Positions 57,575-64,000 of a stretch of 64,000 bases of DNA are shown here, piece by piece; position 1 is the first letter of the stretch; the number at the start of each line of letters is the position of its first letter. A program made the translations under genes and the position numbers. Source of the stretch: Alphaproteobacteria bacterium (lineage in GTDB: Bacteria > Pseudomonadota > Alphaproteobacteria > UBA9219); the NCBI GenBank assembly GCA_019233975.1, contig JAFALY010000033.1, positions 16,602 to 80,601 on the forward strand. The letters run 5' to 3'. The notes below the pieces were generated by a model. It made no database searches, was not told the origin of the DNA, and saw only the letters and a list, made by a program, of their open reading frames with translations.

Positions 57575-57604
57575 TTGCTTGCAATACTTCCCTGTGGTTA
57601 TAAT
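57575..57604 (+). promoter_or_regulatory. Putative sigma70-type promoter for the opposite-strand small ORF
   Basis: TTGCTT (57575-57580), an 18-nt spacer, then TATAAT (57599-57604), 31 nt upstream of the ATG at 57635. Confidence 0.45.
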
Positions 57605-57634
57605 CCGTGCGTATTGACATATGTGGAGATTATT

Positions 57635-57784
57635 ATGACAAGCAATGTTCAAAACAATAGTGGTCAAGAAAATGGAACCGCTGAAGAATGGGCCAACTAC
57701 TATAAGGGTGGAACATCGGAGCGCCCCAAAGGTCAAATAGTAGACTGGGCTGCATACCTGAGAGCCATCTTTGGCGGCGGCTAA
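57635..57784 (+). CDS. 49-aa hydrophilic small protein of unknown function
   Basis: GGAGA (57625-57629) lies 5 nt before the ATG. 'MTSNVQNNSGQENGTAEEWANYYKGGTSERPKGQIVDWAAYLRAIFGGG'. It has its own promoter-like and terminator signals. No homology recognised. Confidence 0.5.
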   Translation: MTSNVQNNSGQENGTAEEWANYYKGGTSERPKGQIVDWAAYLRAIFGGG

Positions 57785-57824
57785 TAGATTTCAATTCATT
57801 GACTGACTTAGCGATAGGCAAAAC

Positions 57825-57856
57825 AAAAAAGCTGCAGATTTCTCTGCAGCTTTTTA
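57825..57856. terminator. Bidirectional rho-independent terminator between rplO and the small ORF
   Basis: AAAAAAGCTGCAG-ATTTCT-CTGCAGCTTTTT. The minus-strand RNA gives stem AGCUGCAG/CUGCAGCU followed by UUUUUUGUUUUG, 20 nt after the rplO stop. The plus-strand RNA gives the same stem followed by UUUUU. Confidence 0.75.
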
Positions 57857-57875
57857 AACTTCATAGCCTATAGAC

Positions 57876-58358
57876 TTAAGCCGCAGCCTTTTCCTTGGCC
57901 GGGGTCGTCACGGTGACCTTGCCACCCGCCTTTTCAACGGCAGCGATGGCTGACTTGGAGGCACCGGCAACCGTCAGCTCAACCTTGGCTTTCAGTTCGC
58001 CCTTGCCCAGCAGGCGGACGCCGTCGCGCGACTTGGCGACCACACCGGCCTGAACCAGCGTTTCGTCCGTGATCGGCTTCTTGGCGTCAATGCGGCCCGC
58101 GTCAATCGCTTGCTGCAAACGACCAAGATTCAATTCGGCATATTCCTTGGCGAAAATGTTGTTAAAGCCGCGCTTTGGCATACGGCGATGCAAGGGCATC
58201 TGGCCGCCTTCAAAACCGCGGATCGAAACACCCGTGCGGGCCTTCTGACCCTTCACACCGCGACCGCTGGTCTTACCCTTACCAGAGCCGATACCACGAC
58301 CAACCGTCATGCGCTTTTTACGGGCACCCGGATTATCACGCAGATCATTCAACTTCAT
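57876..58358 (-). CDS. rplO: 50S ribosomal protein L15
   Basis: '[41 protein letters not shown]'. Confidence 0.97.
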   Translation of the reverse strand: MKLNDLRDNPGARKKRMTVGRGIGSGKGKTSGRGVKGQKARTGVSIRGFEGGQMPLHRRMPKRGFNNIFAKEYAELNLGRLQQAIDAGRIDAKKPITDETLVQAGVVAKSRDGVRLLGKGELKAKVELTVAGASKSAIAAVEKAGGKVTVTTPAKEKAAA

Positions 58359-58406
58359 TGTTCTGTTCCTTCTATCAGCCCGCCGTATAAACCGCAGGCG
58401 TGTCAG

Positions 58407-58619
58407 TTAGGCCTTTTTCGTGGCCTTCTTGGTTTCTTCTTCAACGCGCACCAGATGCTTCACGCGGGTGATCATACCGCGCACGGAAGGTGTATCTTCC
58501 AAAACGCGGCTGCTGTTCACGCGACCAAGGCCGAGGCCCGTCAACGTTTCACGCACGCCGGGCTTTTGGCCCGTGATGCTGCCCGTTTGAAAAACGGTGA
58601 TGGTTTTCTTTGCAGACAT
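58407..58619 (-). CDS. rpmD: 50S ribosomal protein L30
   Basis: 'ITVFQTGSITGQKPGVRETLTGLGLGRVNSSRVLEDTPSVRGMI'. Confidence 0.95.
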   Translation of the reverse strand: MSAKKTITVFQTGSITGQKPGVRETLTGLGLGRVNSSRVLEDTPSVRGMITRVKHLVRVEEETKKATKKA

Positions 58620-58633
58620 GGATAAACCCCTTT

Positions 58634-59203
58634 TTACGCGTCCTTGGCATCGGCGTGTTCGCCGGCCTTCTTGCCCAGAATATCGCTGACTTTCTTGCCG
58701 CGACGCATGGCAACCGAGCGCGGGCTGGCCACCTGGTCGAGTGCGGCGAAAGTCGCCTTGATCATGTTGTGCGGATTGGACGAACCGACCGACTTCGCAA
58801 CAACGTCATGAATGCCGAGCGCTTCAAATACCGCACGCATCGGACCGCCGGCGATGATACCGGTACCAGCCGGGGCTGCGCGCAGCACAACCTTGCCAGC
58901 GCCGTAACGGCCACGCACGTCGTGGTGCAATGTACGGCCTTCGCGCAACGGCACGCGGCGCATGCGACGCTTGGCTGCGTCTGTTGCCTTGCGGATCGCG
59001 TCCGGAACTTCGCGCGCCTTGCCGGTGCCGAGGCCAACGCGGCCCTTACCGTCACCAACAATCACGACCGCCGCCATAGCGAAGCGCTTACCGCCCTTCA
59101 CAACCTTGGCCACACGGTTGATACCGACCAACTTTTCAATCAGTTCGGAACCGTCGCGTTGATCTTCGGTTTCGTCCTTTTTTGCTCTTTCAGGCTTCGC
59201 CAT
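58634..59203 (-). CDS. rpsE: 30S ribosomal protein S5
   Basis: '[43 protein letters not shown]'. Confidence 0.97.
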   Translation of the reverse strand: MAKPERAKKDETEDQRDGSELIEKLVGINRVAKVVKGGKRFAMAAVVIVGDGKGRVGLGTGKAREVPDAIRKATDAAKRRMRRVPLREGRTLHHDVRGRYGAGKVVLRAAPAGTGIIAGGPMRAVFEALGIHDVVAKSVGSSNPHNMIKATFAALDQVASPRSVAMRRGKKVSDILGKKAGEHADAKDA

Positions 59204-59229
59204 TATCGCTTCCCCTTGGAAATCACGAG

Positions 59230-59592
59230 TTAGAATGAAAGGCCGGCTTCACGCGCGGCTTCGGCCAGTTCCTTAACACGGCCATGATACAGGTAACCGC
59301 CGCGGTCAAAGACAACTTCCTTGATCCCGGCCTTGATCGCGCGTTCGGCAACCAACTGGCCAATCTTCTTGGCGGCAGATTTATCGGCACCGGTCTTGAG
59401 CGCGTCACGCAGCTCTTTTTCCAGCGACGAAGCCGCGACCAAAGTCTTGCCGGCCGTGTCGTCGATGATTTGCGCAGAAATGTTCTTGCCCGAGCGGTAA
59501 ACGGACAGACGCAGGCGGCCATGGGCCTTCTGGCTGATCTGATAGCGATTACGCTTCGCGCGGCGTTGATGCAGTTCTTTTGGCGATAGCAT
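59230..59592 (-). CDS. rplR: 50S ribosomal protein L18
   Basis: '[20 protein letters not shown]...[28 protein letters not shown]'. Confidence 0.97.
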   Translation of the reverse strand: MLSPKELHQRRAKRNRYQISQKAHGRLRLSVYRSGKNISAQIIDDTAGKTLVAASSLEKELRDALKTGADKSAAKKIGQLVAERAIKAGIKEVVFDRGGYLYHGRVKELAEAAREAGLSF

Positions 59593-59604
59593 GTTAGTTC
59601 ACCC

Positions 59605-60138
59605 TTATTTCTTCTTACCTTCTTTACGGCGAATGCGTTCGCCTTCGTATTTAATACCCTTGCCCTTATAGGGTTCCGGCTTCTTCATACCGCGGATTTC
59701 GGCGGCCACCTGGCCGACGCGCTGCTTTTCGTTGCCGGTGATCGTCACGACGGTCTGCTTGTCGACCTTCATGCTGATCCCTTCGGGGATCGGGTACTTG
59801 ATTTCATGGCTGAAGCCCAGTTGCAGGACCAGGTCCTTGCCAGCGATGGCTGCACGGAAACCGACGCCTTCGATTTCAAGAACGATCTTGAAGCCTTCGG
59901 TCACGCCCTGCACCATGTTTTTGATATTATTGCGGGTGGTGCCCCACAGGACGCGCGCGCGGTTTGTGTCGTGGCGCATCGCGACCGCGACCTTGCTGTC
60001 GGCAACCTGAACTTCGACTTCGTCAGGAATGGCGAGCGACAAAGTGCCGTTCTTACCCTTGACGGCGATCTGGTCGCCCTTGATTTCGGCGCTCACGCCT
60101 TGCGGCAAGGCTACCGGATATTTACCAACACGAGACAT
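59605..60138 (-). CDS. rplF: 50S ribosomal protein L6
   Basis: 'MSRVGKYPVALPQGVSAEIKGDQIAVKGKNGTL'. Confidence 0.97.
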   Translation of the reverse strand: MSRVGKYPVALPQGVSAEIKGDQIAVKGKNGTLSLAIPDEVEVQVADSKVAVAMRHDTNRARVLWGTTRNNIKNMVQGVTEGFKIVLEIEGVGFRAAIAGKDLVLQLGFSHEIKYPIPEGISMKVDKQTVVTITGNEKQRVGQVAAEIRGMKKPEPYKGKGIKYEGERIRRKEGKKK

Positions 60139-60160
60139 GGCTCACTTCCCCTTCAACCTC

Positions 60161-60559
60161 TTAGAATACGCGGCACAAAATTTCGCCGCCGACATGCTGC
60201 GCACGCGCTTCGTTGTCCGATAGGACACCACGCGGCGTGGACAGAATGGAAACACCCAGACCGTTGAACACGCGGCCCAAATCCTTGATGCCGGCATACA
60301 CGCGGCGACCCGGGGTCGACACACGTTCAATCTTGCGGATAGCACCCTGACCTTCGTGGTACTTCAGCTCAATTTCCAGCGTAGCTTGCGCGCCGCCCTG
60401 TTGCACTTCGACATAGCCGCGGATGTAGCCTTCGCGCTGAAGCGCGTCGAGCACGTTCTTGCGCAGCTTTGATGACGGGCATGTGACAACCGCCATGCTG
60501 GCCATCTGGCCATTGCGGATGCGTGTCAACATATCACCCAATGTATCTGTTACGGACAT
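60161..60559 (-). CDS. rpsH: 30S ribosomal protein S8
   Basis: 'DTLGDMLTRIRNGQMA...GVSILSTPRGVLSDNEARAQHVGGEILCRVF'. Confidence 0.97.
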   Translation of the reverse strand: MSVTDTLGDMLTRIRNGQMASMAVVTCPSSKLRKNVLDALQREGYIRGYVEVQQGGAQATLEIELKYHEGQGAIRKIERVSTPGRRVYAGIKDLGRVFNGLGVSILSTPRGVLSDNEARAQHVGGEILCRVF

Positions 60560-60571
60560 GAACGCCCCTCC

Positions 60572-60877
60572 TTACCAACTCGACTTAACAACGCCGGGGA
60601 TCTGGCCAGCCGAGGCCAGGTCACGCAGCTTAATACGGCACAGCTTGAACTTGCGATAAACGCCACGCGGACGGCCGGTCAGTTCGCAACGGTTGTGCTG
60701 ACGGTTCTTCGCGGAATTACGCGGCAGCTTGGCGAGCGTCATCACCGCCGAGAAACGGTCTTCCATGGACGTTTCCTTGTCCATGATAACCTTCTTCAGG
60801 TTGGTACGCTTCGCGTCGTATTGCTTGGCCATACGCTTGCGGCGCTTTTCTTTTTCGATCATGCAGGTTTTTGCCAT
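60572..60877 (-). CDS. rpsN: 30S ribosomal protein S14 (long, non-zinc form)
   Basis: '[51 protein letters not shown]'. Confidence 0.97.
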   Translation of the reverse strand: MAKTCMIEKEKRRKRMAKQYDAKRTNLKKVIMDKETSMEDRFSAVMTLAKLPRNSAKNRQHNRCELTGRPRGVYRKFKLCRIKLRDLASAGQIPGVVKSSW

Positions 60878-60897
60878 GCTATCCTCTCTCGCCTTTC

Positions 60898-61464
60898 TCA
60901 GGACTGGAACGGCATGTCAAAGCAACGCAGCAATTCGCGCGCTTCATCATCCGTTTTCGCGGTGGTGCAGATAACGATATCCATACCGCGGATTTCGTCG
61001 ATCTTGTCGTAATCAATTTCCGGGAACACGATCTGTTCCTTCAGGCCCAGCGCATAATTGCCGTTGCCGTCAAAGCTCTTGGCCGATACGCCACGGAAGT
61101 CGCGGACGCGCGGCAGCGCGATCGTGACCAGGCGGTCCAGGAATTCATACATGCGTTCGCGACGCAGCGTGACTTTGCAGCCGATGCCGAGGCCTCCGCG
61201 CAGCTTAAAGGTCGCGATGGCCTTACGAGCACGTGTGATGACGGGCTTCTGACCTGTAATCAACGCCAATTCTTCGGCGGCGTTCTTGGTCTTCTTGCTG
61301 TCATTGACGGCTTCACCGACGCCCATATTCACGACAATCTTGTCGAGGCGCGGCACCATCATGCCATTCGTGTAGCCGAACTTCTTTGTCAGTTCGGAAC
61401 GCACCACTTCCTGATAATGCTTTTGCAGGCGGGGCGTGTATCTGTCCTTATTCGCTGCGACCAT
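60898..61464 (-). CDS. rplE: 50S ribosomal protein L5
   Basis: '[15 protein letters not shown]...[34 protein letters not shown]'. Confidence 0.97.
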   Translation of the reverse strand: MVAANKDRYTPRLQKHYQEVVRSELTKKFGYTNGMMVPRLDKIVVNMGVGEAVNDSKKTKNAAEELALITGQKPVITRARKAIATFKLRGGLGIGCKVTLRRERMYEFLDRLVTIALPRVRDFRGVSAKSFDGNGNYALGLKEQIVFPEIDYDKIDEIRGMDIVICTTAKTDDEARELLRCFDMPFQS

Positions 61465-61474
61465 GGTTCAATCC

Positions 61475-61798
61475 TCAATCAATCACTTCGCCGGAACGGC
61501 GCGCAACGCGCACCTTGCGGTCTTTTTCAATCTTGTAGCCGACGCGGGTGGCCTTGTTGCCCTTCGGGTCGACATGCGCAACGTTCGACGCATGAATAGC
61601 TGCTTCGCGACGGACGATGCCGCCCTGCGGATTCGCCTGCGACGGACGCGTGTGGCGGGCCACCATGTTGACGCCAGAGACAACAACGCGGTTTTCGCTC
61701 GGCAACACGGCTTTCACTTCACCGATCTTGCCCTTGTCCTTGCCAGCCAAAACAATGACGCGGTCTTTCTTTTTGATCTTCATCTTAGCACTCATCAC
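61475..61798 (-). CDS. rplX: 50S ribosomal protein L24
   Basis: '[27 protein letters not shown]'. The start overlaps the rplN stop (ATGA). Confidence 0.97.
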   Translation of the reverse strand: MMSAKMKIKKKDRVIVLAGKDKGKIGEVKAVLPSENRVVVSGVNMVARHTRPSQANPQGGIVRREAAIHASNVAHVDPKGNKATRVGYKIEKDRKVRVARRSGEVID

Positions 61799-62163
61799 AA
61801 CACCTCTTCGGCCAACGAGATAATCTTCATGAAGCCGAGGTTACGCAGTTCACGGGTCACCGGTCCAAAGATACGGGTACCAATCGGTTCCTTATCCTTG
61901 TTGATCAGAACGGCCGCGTTGCGGTCGAAGCGGATCAACGTGCCGTCGGCACGGCGCAGCGCGAACTTCTGGCGGACGATAACCGCCTTGTGCACGTCGC
62001 CCTTTTTCACACGGCCGCGCGGAATAGCTTCTCTGATCGACACGACAATGACGTCGCCGATCGAAGCAACTTTACGCTTCGAACCACCAAGAACCTTGAT
62101 GCAGGCAACGGCTTTGGCGCCGCTGTTGTCCGCTACATCAAGTACTGTTTCCATCTGGATCAT
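61795..62163 (-). CDS. rplN: 50S ribosomal protein L14
   Basis: '[43 protein letters not shown]'. Confidence 0.97.
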   Translation of the reverse strand: MIQMETVLDVADNSGAKAVACIKVLGGSKRKVASIGDVIVVSIREAIPRGRVKKGDVHKAVIVRQKFALRRADGTLIRFDRNAAVLINKDKEPIGTRIFGPVTRELRNLGFMKIISLAEEVL

Positions 62164-62190
62164 GACACAAACCCTGTTGTCTTAATCTTG

Positions 62191-62466
62191 TTACTTAGTC
62201 GCCGACTTTTTGGCGGTCTTTGTTTTCGTTTCGACTGCGGCGTCAACCAGCGTCCAGCGCTTGCGCTTGCTGATCGGGCTGCATTCGATGATCTGCACCA
62301 CGTCGCCGATTTTGCGGCTGTTGGTTTCGTCATGCGCGGCATACTTCTTCGATTTACGAATGTACTTCTTGTAAATCGGATGCATAACGCGACGTTCGAC
62401 CAACACGGTGATGGTCTTGTCACCCTTATCACTTACTACGGTTCCTTGCAGCACACGACGCGGCAT
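62191..62466 (-). CDS. rpsQ: 30S ribosomal protein S17
   Basis: '[47 protein letters not shown]'. Confidence 0.97.
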   Translation of the reverse strand: MPRRVLQGTVVSDKGDKTITVLVERRVMHPIYKKYIRKSKKYAAHDETNSRKIGDVVQIIECSPISKRKRWTLVDAAVETKTKTAKKSATK

Positions 62467-62478
62467 AGTCTTTCCCCT

Positions 62479-62694
62479 TTACTTCCCAGCTTTGCGTTGA
62501 CGATCACCGGCAACGGTCATGATCTTTGCAATTTCCTTGCGGACTTTGCGGACCTGGGCCGTGTTCGCCAACTGACCCGTAGCCTTCTGAAAGCGCAGGT
62601 TGAACTTTTCCTTACGCAGTTCCGACAAACGGGTTTCCAATTCCTTATCCGTTTTGGCCCGGATATCTGAGGCCTTGACTGTATTCTTTGCCAT
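62479..62694 (-). CDS. rpmC: 50S ribosomal protein L29
   Basis: '[48 protein letters not shown]'. Confidence 0.95.
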   Translation of the reverse strand: MAKNTVKASDIRAKTDKELETRLSELRKEKFNLRFQKATGQLANTAQVRKVRKEIAKIMTVAGDRQRKAGK

Positions 62695-62706
62695 ATTTCC
62701 TACTCC

Positions 62707-63120
62707 TTATGCCGCCAAACGCTGCACAAACTTGGTCTTGATCGGCAGCTTGGCCGCAGCCAGCTGGAACGCTTCTTTGGCAACCGCCAACGGCACGCCG
62801 TCCATTTCGAACATCACGCGACCAGGATGCACGCGGCATGCCCAGAATTCGGGGGCACCCTTACCGGAACCCATGCGGACTTCGGCAGGCTTGCGCGACA
62901 CCGGAACGTCCGGGAAGATCAGGATCCAAAGACGGCCCTGACGCTTCATGGCGCGGGTGATGGCGCGACGTGCGGCTTCGATCTGGCGCGCGGTGACGCG
63001 TTCCGGTTCCAAAGCCTTCAGGCCATAAGCGCCGTAGCTCAGGCGAGTGCCACCCTTGGCGGCGCCGTGAATGCGGCCCTTGTGGGCTTTGCGGTACTTG
63101 GTGCGTTTTGGCTGCAACAT
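62707..63120 (-). CDS. rplP: 50S ribosomal protein L16
   Basis: '[36 protein letters not shown]'. Confidence 0.97.
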   Translation of the reverse strand: MLQPKRTKYRKAHKGRIHGAAKGGTRLSYGAYGLKALEPERVTARQIEAARRAITRAMKRQGRLWILIFPDVPVSRKPAEVRMGSGKGAPEFWACRVHPGRVMFEMDGVPLAVAKEAFQLAAAKLPIKTKFVQRLAA

Positions 63121-63143
63121 GTTACGTTCTCTCTATTCCTAAC

Positions 63144-63827
63144 TTACGAGCGTTGCGGCTGGGCTTCACCGGCGCGCTTGTCCTGCGCCATCGGATCGTG
63201 CTCCAGAATTTCGCCACGGAAAATCCAAACCTTGACGCCGCAGGTGCCCATGGTGGTGAAAGCGGTCGACGTGCCGTAATCAACATCGGCGCGCAGCGTG
63301 TGCAACGGCACACGGCCTTCGCGGTACCATTCCATGCGGGCGATTTCAGCGCCACCCAGACGGCCGCTGCAGTTGATACGAATGCCGAGGGCACCCGCAC
63401 GCAGAGCCGACTGAACCGCGCGCTTCATCGCGCGACGGAAAGCAATACGACGTTCCAGCTGATCGGCAATACCGGCGGCAACCAACTTGGCGTCGATGTC
63501 CGGTTTGCGGATTTCGACGATGTTCAAGCTGACTTCCGCGTTGGTCATCTTGCTGATGTCACCGCGCAACTTTTCGATATCGGCACCTTTTTTGCCGATG
63601 ATCACACCCGGACGGGCCGAGTGAATGACGATGCGGGCCTTACCAGCCGGACGTTCGATGACAATCTTCGAAACACTTGCAACCTTGCCGATCTTTTCTT
63701 CCAGATACTGGCGGATGCGGAAATCTTCGTGCAAGAAGCTGCCGTAATCCTTGCGGGCGAACCAGCGGCTGTCCCACGTACGGTTGATACCCAGGCGCAT
63801 GCCAATTGGATTGACTTTCTGACCCAT
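63144..63827 (-). CDS. rpsC: 30S ribosomal protein S3
   Basis: '[24 protein letters not shown]'; KH and S3-C domains. Confidence 0.97.
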   Translation of the reverse strand: MGQKVNPIGMRLGINRTWDSRWFARKDYGSFLHEDFRIRQYLEEKIGKVASVSKIVIERPAGKARIVIHSARPGVIIGKKGADIEKLRGDISKMTNAEVSLNIVEIRKPDIDAKLVAAGIADQLERRIAFRRAMKRAVQSALRAGALGIRINCSGRLGGAEIARMEWYREGRVPLHTLRADVDYGTSTAFTTMGTCGVKVWIFRGEILEHDPMAQDKRAGEAQPQRS

Positions 63828-63828
63828 A

Positions 63829-64000
63829 TTACGCTCCCGCCCCTGCAGTTACCTTCTTCGAGAAGCCCTTAGCGCGCTTCTTCGTCAACTTCTTCGCGTC
63901 GCCTTCTTCACGTTGCTTGACAACGATGGTCAGGTTGCTGAACGGCTTTTCGATACCGGCGCTGCGGCCACGACCACGGGTATGGAAACGCTTCATCACA
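63829..64000 (-). CDS. rplV: 50S ribosomal protein L22, 3' portion (the start lies outside the window)
   Basis: Manual minus-strand translation gives '...[55 protein letters not shown]'. The TAA stop at 63829-63831 is 1 nt before the rpsC ATG. It is not in the ORF track because it has no in-window start. Confidence 0.85.
   Translation of the reverse strand, partial: VMKRFHTRGRGRSAGIEKPFSNLTIVVKQREEGDAKKLTKKRAKGFSKKVTAGAGA

Noticed and set aside
1-64000. Looked for CRISPR repeats, tRNA/rRNA genes, transposases, integrases, phage genes and known defence-system hallmarks.
   Set aside because: None was seen. Intergenic regions are short. The only structured RNA recognised is the SRP RNA. No repeat-spacer periodicity or recombinase motifs were found by eye. 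A computational scan (tRNAscan, Rfam, repeat finder) would be needed to exclude small elements.

Overview
The window is a gene-dense chromosomal segment with the hallmarks of an alphaproteobacterium of moderate GC. This taxonomic call is an inference from four things: rplO-secY-adk-rpsM-rpsK-rpoA-rplQ order without rpsD, a GTTC-N7-GTTC LexA-type box, dnaJ-like/cobS/bolA synteny, and comF-grxC and ubiG-lysC neighbourhoods. I can support about 73 protein-coding genes and one SRP (4.5S) RNA. I saw no rRNA, tRNA, CRISPR array, transposase or integrase.

Layout:
- 1-16.2 kb is accessory-looking: phosphorelay proteins, a lipoprotein hydrolase, an autotransporter, mscL, an RND efflux operon, more two-component genes, and an SOS-box-associated Y-family polymerase.
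- 16-49 kb is mostly housekeeping: cobS, bolA, greA, carAB, bamD, recN, dnaX, ffs, recO, comF, grxC, ubiG, lysC, rarA and a DegP-like protease. Interspersed are glycosyltransferase/acyltransferase genes and a few orphans.
- 49.7-64 kb is the ribosomal-protein cluster on the minus strand, from rplV (partial) to rplQ.

The most unusual feature is that this normally contiguous ribosomal cluster is interrupted twice.
1. Between adk and rpsM there is a same-strand three-gene module: a CheY-like gene, a CheX-like gene, and a CheA-family kinase. The kinase has its own membrane anchor, a PAS-like domain and an HPt domain, and has no room for a CheW-like domain. A near-consensus promoter follows that would restart rpsM transcription.
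2. Between rplO and secY there is a 458-bp AT-rich spacer. It carries an opposite-strand 49-codon ORF with its own promoter and Shine-Dalgarno site, plus a strong bidirectional intrinsic terminator.

Secondary curiosities are receiver domains in inverted (C-terminal) architectures, including an XRE-HTH::REC fusion, and a possibly leaderless SOS-controlled polymerase gene.

All functional calls come from reading the translated ORFs and motifs by eye. No database search was run.
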